Part shown: piece by piece, positions 21,196 to 29,152 of the stretch
Layout of the letters: every line of letters begins with the position of its first letter
Position numbering within the stretch: the first letter of the stretch is position 1
Origin: Candidatus Eiseniibacteriota bacterium
Lineage (GTDB): Bacteria > Eisenbacteria > RBG-16-71-46 > CAIMUX01 > VGJL01
Length of the DNA: 64,000 nucleotides
NCBI GenBank assembly: GCA_041946735.1
Contig: JBHGAY010000002.1
Coordinates: forward strand, 201,623-265,622
Direction: 5' to 3'
Made by a program: the position numbers and the translations under genes
Notes under the pieces: model-generated
Database searches by the model: none
Told to the model about the DNA's origin: nothing
Seen by the model: only the letters and a program-made list of their open reading frames with translations

Positions 21196-22967
21196 GCGTC
21201 TCCCCCGCTCTCGAGCGATTGCCGTCCCGTCGTCAGATCGAACGTCCTGCGGACCTCGATCGATCCCGTCCGATTCAGGCGCTCGACGTCGCTCGCCGCG
21301 AGGTAGCTGCCCCGGGCGCGCAGCTCGTAGCGCTGGAAATAGCGGGACTGCGGCACGTAGCGAACCGACCAGTCGTCTCCGATCTTTACTTCGCGGAAGG
21401 CGGGCCCGCCGCGGCGCTCGATCCGGTCGGTCACGGTCATCCGCTCCCCCTCGAAGCGGATCGTCCGCCGGAAATGGACCGGAGCGCTCCCGCTCTTCGT
21501 CATCAGGAGCTTTCGGATCCATCCCTTGATCCGGTAGGCGGTCCCGGTGTGGGCGCCGGCGACGAGCATGAACATGCGGAAGCCGATCATCGTGAGCGGC
21601 GTGAACAGCTTCGAGACGACGTAGTGCATCTCCCCTTCGACTTCGAGCTGGTCGCTCTCCGCGATGGCCTGATGCTTCGGATCGATCCACTGCGAGGTGA
21701 GGACCTTCCCGTTCGCCATTCGCGCGAGGATGCCGCAATCGCTCAGGATCGACGTCTCGGTCGCGGGCTGATAGACGCGGATCGTCCCGCCCTTCGCGAG
21801 GTTCGTGGTGACGTAGGCGCTCGCCGTGCGTCGCGCCTCCATGCGGGAACCGGGCCAGTACTTCCGGAACGGCGCACCGCGCGCCGGGAGAACCGGCAAG
21901 CTGCCTGCTCGCGGCTTCCAGTCGATCCACGACAGAAGCAGCTCCGGAATCCTGTAGAGGAAGTAGCGATCCTCCTGGATTTCGGGAGGAACGAGCCGCG
22001 CCGACCACAGCGCCTCGAGCATCGTCTCGGCCACAGCCGCGGCAACCGGATTCTCCGGCGCGAACAGCTCGAATCCGTGGGGATAGAAGTGGAGGGTCTG
22101 GCGGCTCCCCATCGATCCGCCGAGGCTCTCCCCCGGATAGACGAAGTAGGAGAGGTACTCGATCGCCTTGGCGCAGACCTCTTCGATCCGCTCATCGGTG
22201 TAGCGCTTGCGCAGCTTTCCGAGGAACGACACGGTCGCCGAGAGATAGCCGAGATCGGCGCCGTCGTACTCCAGGCACCAGCCTTCGGGATTGCAGTAGC
22301 GCAGGAAGTCGTCGAGCCGGACGTGGAAGCCTTCGAGCAGCTTCGGGTCGCGAAGCAGATCGTAGGCTTCGTAGATCGGCAGGACGGCCATCGCATGGTG
22401 ATTGGCGAGAACTCCGGGCTCGTCGTACTTCGCGAGGAATCGCGCGGCGCGCGCGACGCAGGAGAGGAACCGTTCCCGCAGCTCCTTCGGGACGTTGGGC
22501 TCGATGCGACGATACGAATCGGCCATCGCATAGACGAGGAATCCGGTCGGGCCCGCCCACCCGCGCTCGTTGGGATAGAACTCGTCGAACGATCCATCCG
22601 GCCTCTGGATCTTCGTCCAGTACTCCATGGCTGCGAGGGTCCACAGCAGGATCTTGGGATTGCCGAGATACGGATTGTCCGGGAACGGCGTGGCGTAGGC
22701 GAGCGCGAGGGAATGGACGCCGAACTGCGCGATCGAGGAGGGGAAGTCGACGGTCCGGCAAAGCCAGTATTCCCGATGGAAGCAGCCGTAAGTGCGGGAG
22801 AACTCGTTTCGATCCTGCAGGGAGAGCAGCCGCGGAATCTGCGCGAGCGCGCGGTCGGAATAGGCGCGGCGCAGCTCTTCCCCGCGAGGCCGGCTCGCCG
22901 TCCTCTCGGGCGGGAGCGCCCCCTGCTGCGCGTCTTCGTCGACGCGTCGATCGGGCGGCACGATCAC
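21192..22967 (-). CDS. hypothetical protein, possible alpha/alpha-toroid glycan-active enzyme (heparinase II/III-like)
   Basis: Strong RBS AGAGGAGG; 591 aa; ANHHAMA, GWCLEYDGADLGY, beta-rich C-terminus. Fold assignment is inference. Confidence 0.6.
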   Translation of the reverse strand: MIVPPDRRVDEDAQQGALPPERTASRPRGEELRRAYSDRALAQIPRLLSLQDRNEFSRTYGCFHREYWLCRTVDFPSSIAQFGVHSLALAYATPFPDNPYLGNPKILLWTLAAMEYWTKIQRPDGSFDEFYPNERGWAGPTGFLVYAMADSYRRIEPNVPKELRERFLSCVARAARFLAKYDEPGVLANHHAMAVLPIYEAYDLLRDPKLLEGFHVRLDDFLRYCNPEGWCLEYDGADLGYLSATVSFLGKLRKRYTDERIEEVCAKAIEYLSYFVYPGESLGGSMGSRQTLHFYPHGFELFAPENPVAAAVAETMLEALWSARLVPPEIQEDRYFLYRIPELLLSWIDWKPRAGSLPVLPARGAPFRKYWPGSRMEARRTASAYVTTNLAKGGTIRVYQPATETSILSDCGILARMANGKVLTSQWIDPKHQAIAESDQLEVEGEMHYVVSKLFTPLTMIGFRMFMLVAGAHTGTAYRIKGWIRKLLMTKSGSAPVHFRRTIRFEGERMTVTDRIERRGGPAFREVKIGDDWSVRYVPQSRYFQRYELRARGSYLAASDVERLNRTGSIEVRRTFDLTTGRQSLESGGDA

Positions 22968-23203
22968 GATCTCGACCTCCTCTACGACTTCGGTTCTCGG
23001 GTTCGCTCGACGGGGCTGCTACGGCCCCGGCAGCCGCGCCGTTTCAACGCCGGAGACCGGCGGGCGGCCTCGATCGCAGCGACCCGACCGATCGTAGCAG
23101 CACCGGAGCTTGTTGTCGTCTCGCCGCTTGCGCGCCCTTCACTCCGCGCCAACTCCGGTCCTTCTCGTCCAAATCCGCCGAGCGTTCGTCCGGCTATCAT
23201 GAA

Positions 23204-23260
23204 GTAATCAAGATTACGAAATAAAAACTTCTTGACCCTTCCCGCACCCTGTCGCATAGT
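23204..23260 (+). promoter_or_regulatory. sigma70-type promoter with AT-rich UP element and upstream palindrome
   Basis: GTAATC-AA-GATTAC (23204-23217), AAATAAAAACTT, TTGACC (23232)-17bp-CATAGT (23255). Confidence 0.6.
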
Positions 23261-23266
23261 GACATT

Positions 23267-23435
23267 GAGGGTCGTGATCGGCCCAACGGTTTCGGGACCC
23301 GGCAAGCCGGAACAACCCGGAGACGAGAAGGTGGGGCAAGTCCCCACCCTTGCCCGTGTCACCTTTTGCGGCCAAAGGTGGTGCGGGCATCTCTTTGGCG
23401 CCCCGAATGGTTCGGCCATTCGGGGCGCGATCTTT
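23267..23435 (+). ncRNA. candidate structured small RNA, family unknown
   Basis: Five consecutive hairpins downstream of the promoter; G-U pairs valid only on the + strand; no credible + strand gene; flanking genes are on the minus strand. Confidence 0.55.
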
Positions 23436-23498
23436 CGGGGCGCCTGCCTGGGCGGCCGCCTCCAGTTCGTGGCGGCCTTGCCCGGCACGCGAGCGCCC

Positions 23499-24593
23499 CT
23501 ATTCGCGGGGATCCGGAGCCAGGGTTTCCTCGCCCGTCCACGTTCCGTCCGCCGCTCGAGGCGTCGCACCGGCGGCCGGTCCAGGCATCGTACCGGCCGG
23601 GTCTGAGCGCATCCCGTCGATCCGCTTCTCGATCCCCCCGCTCTCGATGACGAATCCTGCAGGCGGGGCCGCATCCTGCCAGGCCTGGCGCTCTTCCTCG
23701 GCGAGGCCCCAGCCATCCGGATGGAGCCGATAGCGAGCCAGGCGGCGGGAAAGATCCGCCTTCCGCTCCGCGACCGAAGCGGCGCGCCAGCGCGTCGCGA
23801 GAGCGGGCGACAGGATGCGGACGAGCCGCCCCGCCGTACAGACGACCGCGCGAGGATCGAGATCGGCGACCGTCCAGGCGCGCCGACTCCTGTGCGCGGC
23901 GGCGGCCAGCGTCCCGCTCCCGCAGGTCCAATCCGCGACTCGGTCCCCCTCGTCCGTGAACGCTTCGATCAAACGGACGGCCAGGGCTTCCGGCTTCTGC
24001 ATGGGATAGCCGAGCCGCTCGCTCGAGTCGGCGGGAAGGAACGGGATCTCCCACACGTCGTCGGCCCACGCGTAGCGGTACCAGCCCCGACGATCGCGAT
24101 GCTCCTCGACCCCTCGACGGTTCGCGCGGTGCGCCAGGTAGCGCTTCTCCCGGAAGGCGTGGAAGGTGTGCGCTGGGCCGTTGCGCCAGACCAGGAGCGT
24201 GTCGTGCTTCCAGGCGAAGCGGTCCCGCGCCACGCCGCCGCTCCGGTAATGCCACACGATCTCGTTGAGGAATGCGGCCGGGCCGAGGCGTTCCTCGAGT
24301 GACACCCGCACGAACGGCGCGAGGCGAGGATCGAGATGGACCACCAGGATCCCGCCGGGACGAAGCGCCTCGATCCCACGCTCGAGCCTCGGGATCCAGC
24401 ACTCCAACCACTTGCCGCGATTCGAGCCGTCCTGCAGCGGGCTCTCCACGCGACCGAGACCGAATCGAAAGCGCTGGGCGCGTCCCGTCCCGAAAGGAGG
24501 ATCGACGTAGAGCAGCGCCAGGCTTCCCCGCTCGACCGACTCGCAGGCTTGCAGGAACTCGGCATGGAGCAGGACGTTGGGGGCGGTGTCCAT
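23499..24593 (-). CDS. orphan beta-class N6A/N4C DNA methyltransferase
   Basis: YVDPPF (motif IV), NEIVWHY, DDVWEIP, YPMQKPEAL, DWTCGSGT (motif I variant). Confidence 0.88.
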   Translation of the reverse strand: MDTAPNVLLHAEFLQACESVERGSLALLYVDPPFGTGRAQRFRFGLGRVESPLQDGSNRGKWLECWIPRLERGIEALRPGGILVVHLDPRLAPFVRVSLEERLGPAAFLNEIVWHYRSGGVARDRFAWKHDTLLVWRNGPAHTFHAFREKRYLAHRANRRGVEEHRDRRGWYRYAWADDVWEIPFLPADSSERLGYPMQKPEALAVRLIEAFTDEGDRVADWTCGSGTLAAAAHRSRRAWTVADLDPRAVVCTAGRLVRILSPALATRWRAASVAERKADLSRRLARYRLHPDGWGLAEEERQAWQDAAPPAGFVIESGGIEKRIDGMRSDPAGTMPGPAAGATPRAADGTWTGEETLAPDPRE

Positions 24594-24790
24594 GGCGTCG
24601 TTCTTACGCCGCTCCCGGCCGCCTGTCCATCGCCGCTCTCCGCGAGACCGCCGGCCTTGTGTCACACGCCGGTCCGTCACGGTTCGTTGACGATCCGGCG
24701 CTCCACCCGATACGATCCGCGCGATTCGCGGCGTTACCGGATCGCTTGGGGTGGGGGCGAACGGGGCCGAGTCGCGGTGGGGGGAGGCGC

Positions 24791-26080
24791 ATGGGACAGG
24801 ACCGGCTCTGGGCAGACCCGCATCCTCGCGGAGCGCGGCTCGGTCGCGATTGCATCCTTCTCCCCGGGATTCTCCTCTCGATCGTCCTTCTTTTCGCCGC
24901 CCCCGCGGCTCGCCCCGCCGTCGCGCAAACGGTCTCCGGGACGAGCGGCGAGCCGGCGCCCGCCATGCCCCCGGCCTCCTCCACCCCCACGGCTCCCGCC
25001 GCGACGCCGCGCGCTCCCGCGGACCTGCGCGCGATCGACACGCCCAACGACCGAGGCGAGAGCATCGACCTCACCTGGCAGGCAAGCCCCGACGAGGCGA
25101 GCGCGGTCACGCTGTACGAGATCCAGAGGTCGACCTCTCCCGAGGGACCGTTCGAGACGGTGGGGCAGATTCCGGCGGGGACGACCAGCTACACCGACAA
25201 CTCCGTGAAGGACGAGACGGGCTACTACTACCGGATCGTGTCGGTCGGCAGTGGCTCCGGCCCTTGGGAGACCACGCCGGCCGTGGGGCCGGCGACGTCC
25301 CATGGGCAGTGGTTCGACGCCCGCAAGCTCCCCACGCTGCTTCTCACCTTCGCCTTCTGCGTGGCGGTCGTGTTCCTGATCGGGCAAGCGCGCCGCGGGC
25401 GGCCGTTCTACATTCGGCCCATCCCCGGCCTGGCCGCGGTGGACGAGGCGATCGGGCGCGCAACGGAGATGGGCAAGCCGATCCTCTTCGTCTCGGGCCT
25501 CGGGACGGCAGGCGACGTCGCCACCCTTGCCGCCTTCACGCTGCTCGGGCGCGTCGCCCGGCGCACGGCCGAGTACCAGACCCAGGTGATCGTCCCCTGC
25601 TACGACCCGATCGTGATGACGATCTCGCAGGAGATCGTGAAGTCGTCGTACCTCGACGCCGGCCGGCCGGAGCTCTACCGCCAGGACGACATCTTCTTCG
25701 TGACGCAGGACCAGTTCCCCTTCACGGCCGCCGTCAACGGCATCATGCTCCGCGACCGGCCCGCCACGAACTTCTACATCGGCAAGTTCTACGCGGAGAG
25801 CCTGGTTCTCGCAGAGACCGGGAACATTGCCGGCTCCATCCAGATCGCGGGAACCGACGAGATGACCCAGATCCCGTTCTTCGTCGCGGCGTGCGACTAC
25901 ACCCTGATCGGAGAGGAGCTCTACGCCTCCAGCGCCTACCTCTCTCAGGAGCCGCCGCTGCTCGGAACCTTGAAAGCGCAGGACTGGGGAAAGGCCCTGG
26001 CCGCGTTTCTGATCGTGGCCGGAGCGATTCTCGCCGCCTTCGGGCAGAGCTGGTTCGTCCGGTTCTTCCAGGTTCAGTAG
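24791..26080 (+). CDS. membrane protein with fibronectin-III-like domain and a conserved alpha/beta domain (DUF6754-like, from recall)
   Basis: Signal/TM, Pro-Ala linker, DTPNDRG..IDLTW..YEIQRS..SYTD..YYYRI (Fn3), TM, IRPIPGLAAVDEAIGRATEMGKP..CDYTLIGEELY, C-terminal TM. Confidence 0.8.
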   Translation: MGQDRLWADPHPRGARLGRDCILLPGILLSIVLLFAAPAARPAVAQTVSGTSGEPAPAMPPASSTPTAPAATPRAPADLRAIDTPNDRGESIDLTWQASPDEASAVTLYEIQRSTSPEGPFETVGQIPAGTTSYTDNSVKDETGYYYRIVSVGSGSGPWETTPAVGPATSHGQWFDARKLPTLLLTFAFCVAVVFLIGQARRGRPFYIRPIPGLAAVDEAIGRATEMGKPILFVSGLGTAGDVATLAAFTLLGRVARRTAEYQTQVIVPCYDPIVMTISQEIVKSSYLDAGRPELYRQDDIFFVTQDQFPFTAAVNGIMLRDRPATNFYIGKFYAESLVLAETGNIAGSIQIAGTDEMTQIPFFVAACDYTLIGEELYASSAYLSQEPPLLGTLKAQDWGKALAAFLIVAGAILAAFGQSWFVRFFQVQ

Positions 26081-26129
26081 TTCGAGGCGCGCGCAAGGAA
26101 CACGAGAGGGAAGGAAGGGCTCACCGACG

Positions 26130-26744
26130 ATGCGACGCGGGCTGCCGAAGCTGATCACCGCAATCACCGGGCTGTTCCTGGCGATCCAGTACTTCAGCCC
26201 CCACAAGTTCTCGGAGAAGTTCTTCGAAACGGCGCTCGACTGGCTGATCATCATCGGCATCTTCTCGATCATTCTCGGAATCGCGAGCTTGTCGAAGCAG
26301 CACCTGTCGAAGATCCAGCGCAAGGAGGGGGGATCGTTCAACAGCAGCGTGCTCCTGGCCGGCCTCGTGTTCATGATCCTCGCCGGCTTTCTCGGAGGAA
26401 CGGGGGAAGGCTCGCTGTTCCTGCAGGGATACAACGGCATTCTCAATCCCGTCACGTCGACGATGTTCGCGCTGCTCGCCTTCTACATCGCCTCGGCCGC
26501 CTACCGGGCGTTTCGGGCGCGCACTGTCATCGCGACGATCCTGCTCGTGAGCGCCGTCATCGTGATGATCGGCCGTGTCCCGGCCGGGGAGGCGATGATC
26601 CCGGGGATCGCGAAGGCTTCCGACTGGCTGCTCAACGTCCCGAACATGGCCGCGAAACGGGCGATCGCGATCGGCCTCGGGCTCGGCGGCAGCGCGACGG
26701 CGCTGAAGGTCGTGCTCGGCATCGAAGCGCCGCATCTTCGTTAG
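26130..26744 (+). CDS. conserved hypothetical integral membrane protein (about 6 TM)
   Basis: Hydrophobic; FALLAFYIASAAYRAFRAR, DWLLNVPNMAAKRAI. Confidence 0.8.
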   Translation: MRRGLPKLITAITGLFLAIQYFSPHKFSEKFFETALDWLIIIGIFSIILGIASLSKQHLSKIQRKEGGSFNSSVLLAGLVFMILAGFLGGTGEGSLFLQGYNGILNPVTSTMFALLAFYIASAAYRAFRARTVIATILLVSAVIVMIGRVPAGEAMIPGIAKASDWLLNVPNMAAKRAIAIGLGLGGSATALKVVLGIEAPHLR

Positions 26745-26756
26745 GGAGGGGAGCCG

Positions 26757-27578
26757 ATGGCGAAGTTCGACATCACGCACGTCGACCGGCGGCTTATCTA
26801 CGGCATCATCTTCCTCGCCGTCCTCGTGCCGCTCTTCATTCCGGCGCCGAAGTCGATTCGCATCACTCCCGAGGTTCGGGTGGTGTACGACCGGATCGAG
26901 GCGCTCCCTCGCGGCTCGATCGTCATGATCCCGGCGGAATACGATCCGTCGATGAGCGCCGAGCTCTCTCCCTTGACGATCGCGGTGCTGCGGCAATGTT
27001 TCTCCCGTGACCTTCGCGTTCTGATGACGTGCCTGATGTCGAACGGGGTCTCCCTCGTCGAGAGCGAGCTGACGCGGGTGGCACGGGAGTACGGAAAGAC
27101 CTACGGGGTCGACTACGTCTACCTCGGCTACAAGCCCTACCCCGGGGTCGTGATCATGGCGATGGGAGAGGACTTCCGGAATCCGTTCCCCACCGACTAC
27201 TACGATCACCCGCTCGACACCCTTCCGATGATGAAGGGGGTCAAGAACTACCAGAACGTCGCGCTCGTGCTGACGATCAATGCCACGAGCGGAATCGACT
27301 ACTGGATCACCTACGGGCAGGGACGGTACAAGTTCCCGCTCGCCGTCGGCTCCTCCGCGGTCATGGCCCCGAACTACTACAACTACCTGCAGTCCGGCCA
27401 GCTCTTCGGCCTGATCGGCGGGCTTCGCGGAGCGGCCGAGTACGAAGAGCTGATCGACAAGCCGGGAACGGCCGTCCGGGGAATGTTCGTGCAATCGGTC
27501 GCGCACCTCGTGATCGTCGGCCTGATCGTGGTCGGCAACGTGAGCTTCATCATCGAGCGCCGGCGGAGGAGAGGATAG
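26757..27578 (+). CDS. conserved hypothetical protein, TM-soluble domain-TM
   Basis: GGAGG RBS; DRRLIY, YGVDYVYLGY, SGQLFGLIGGLRGAAEYE, SVAHLVIV, basic C-tail. Confidence 0.82.
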   Translation: MAKFDITHVDRRLIYGIIFLAVLVPLFIPAPKSIRITPEVRVVYDRIEALPRGSIVMIPAEYDPSMSAELSPLTIAVLRQCFSRDLRVLMTCLMSNGVSLVESELTRVAREYGKTYGVDYVYLGYKPYPGVVIMAMGEDFRNPFPTDYYDHPLDTLPMMKGVKNYQNVALVLTINATSGIDYWITYGQGRYKFPLAVGSSAVMAPNYYNYLQSGQLFGLIGGLRGAAEYEELIDKPGTAVRGMFVQSVAHLVIVGLIVVGNVSFIIERRRRRG

Positions 27579-27583
27579 ACGCG

Positions 27584-28246
27584 ATGGAGACGATGATCGT
27601 CCAGACGGTAGCGGTGATCCTGACGCTCGCGATCTTCTCCTTCCTCTGGAGGGACAATCCGTTCTACAAGTTCGCCGAGCATCTCGTCGTCGGCGTCTCG
27701 GCCGGCTACTGGGTCGTGATCCTCTACCGCACCTCGCTCGTCCCGAAGCTGATCGAGCCGGTCGGGCGCGTCCTGAACGGCACGTCGACGACGCTTCTCG
27801 ATCCGCTGGTCATCGTGCCGTCGTTCCTCGGGATCCTGCTCTTCACCCGCTTCGTCCCGAAGTACGCATGGATCTCGCGGATTCCGATGGCGTACATCCT
27901 CGGCGTCGGCTCCGGCGCGGCGATCCCGCTCGTCCTGCAGACCTCGGTGATCCAGCAGATCTATCCGACGATGGCGATGTTCCTCCCGGGACAGTCGCTG
28001 TCCGCGTCGCAGGTGGCGTTCCAGCTGATCATCCTGCTCGGCGTCGTTTGCGGGCTCGCCTACTTCTTCTTCTCGGCGCGTCACGAAGGGGTGCTCGGAG
28101 GAATGTCGAAGGCCGGAATCTGGATCCTCATGGTCGGCTTCGGCGCGAGCTTCGGCTACACGGTGATGAGCCGCATCAGCCTTCTCTACGGGCGGGTGAA
28201 CTTCCTGTTCTTCGAATGGCCGGCGACGATTCGCGCGCTCTTCTAA
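27584..28246 (+). CDS. conserved hypothetical integral membrane protein (about 6 TM)
   Basis: TLAIFSFLWRDNPFYKFAEHLVVGVSAG, MVGFGASFGYTVMSRISLL. Confidence 0.82.
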   Translation: METMIVQTVAVILTLAIFSFLWRDNPFYKFAEHLVVGVSAGYWVVILYRTSLVPKLIEPVGRVLNGTSTTLLDPLVIVPSFLGILLFTRFVPKYAWISRIPMAYILGVGSGAAIPLVLQTSVIQQIYPTMAMFLPGQSLSASQVAFQLIILLGVVCGLAYFFFSARHEGVLGGMSKAGIWILMVGFGASFGYTVMSRISLLYGRVNFLFFEWPATIRALF

Positions 28247-28298
28247 CGAGCAAGGACGAACGAAGGCGCAAGGACGAACGCAAGGTCGGGCAGGAAGG

Positions 28299-28883
28299 TC
28301 AGATCTCGAGCAGGAGCATCGGCTCGGGGATGAACGGATCCCACGCAGGTCTTCGCTGACCGTTGGGGACGGTGAGGCACGGGGACCAGGCGGGCTCTCG
28401 AGGCTCGCGGATCAGCCGGACGCCCGCTTCGGCGAGCGTCCGGTTGGATTTTCGCCTGTTGCACTTCACGCACGACAGGGCGCAGTTCGTCCAGGTCGTG
28501 CGTCCCCCTTTCGAGCGCGGGACGATGTGGTCGACCGTCAGCTCTTCGATCCCCGGCTTCGATCCGCAGTACTGGCACGTGTAGCGGTCGCGCCGGTAGA
28601 TGTTCTTGCGCGAGAAGGTCACCCGGCGGCGCGGGATCGCGTCGTAGTGGCTCAGCAGGAGCACTTCGGGGACCCGCAGCCGGTACTGGACCGTCGTGAT
28701 GAACGGTTCGCCATCGGCCGGCCCGAGCGCGGCCCACGACTCGAAATCGTGAACGCTGCAATCGACGGGGAGCACGGCGCGCGCGGCTTCACGGTAGAGC
28801 AAGCAGAGGGCGGAGCGAACCGTTGTGGTTCCGATCGCGCTCCAATGTCGATTCAGGACGAGGGCCCGTTCCGATAACACCAT
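28299..28883 (-). CDS. HNH endonuclease (McrA-like)
   Basis: LVLNRHW, FSRKNIYRRDRYTCQYCG, TVDHIVPRSKGG, SCVKCNRRK. Confidence 0.92.
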   Translation of the reverse strand: MVLSERALVLNRHWSAIGTTTVRSALCLLYREAARAVLPVDCSVHDFESWAALGPADGEPFITTVQYRLRVPEVLLLSHYDAIPRRRVTFSRKNIYRRDRYTCQYCGSKPGIEELTVDHIVPRSKGGRTTWTNCALSCVKCNRRKSNRTLAEAGVRLIREPREPAWSPCLTVPNGQRRPAWDPFIPEPMLLLEI

Positions 28884-29152
28884 GCGTCGATGCCGCTCCC
28901 TGGCCGGTCCTGGAGGCCGCGCCTGTGGCAGAGGATAGCAGAGCCGCCCCGCCTCCCGGAAGCGGGCTGCTGCGTTGCGGCGAAGCGCGTCGCCGGCCGC
29001 CCGGGTGAGGTGAACGGCAGGGGGGCATCCTTGATCCACCCCGCCTCCCATGGCAGAATGCCCTGTTTCGTCCCGCCCATCGCCGCCACCCTCGGGACGA
29101 CCGGCGGCCGTCCGCCGTCCCGAGGCCCGAAGACCCAAAGGAGCCGTTCCCG

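Noticed and set aside
23267..23435. Candidate RNA as retron msr/msd or as a riboswitch
   Set aside because: No reverse transcriptase and no downstream gene on the same strand.
23499..28883. Methyltransferase plus HNH nuclease as a restriction-modification system
   Set aside because: They are 3.7 kb apart, separated by an opposite-strand operon, and the HNH protein looks like a common stand-alone type.
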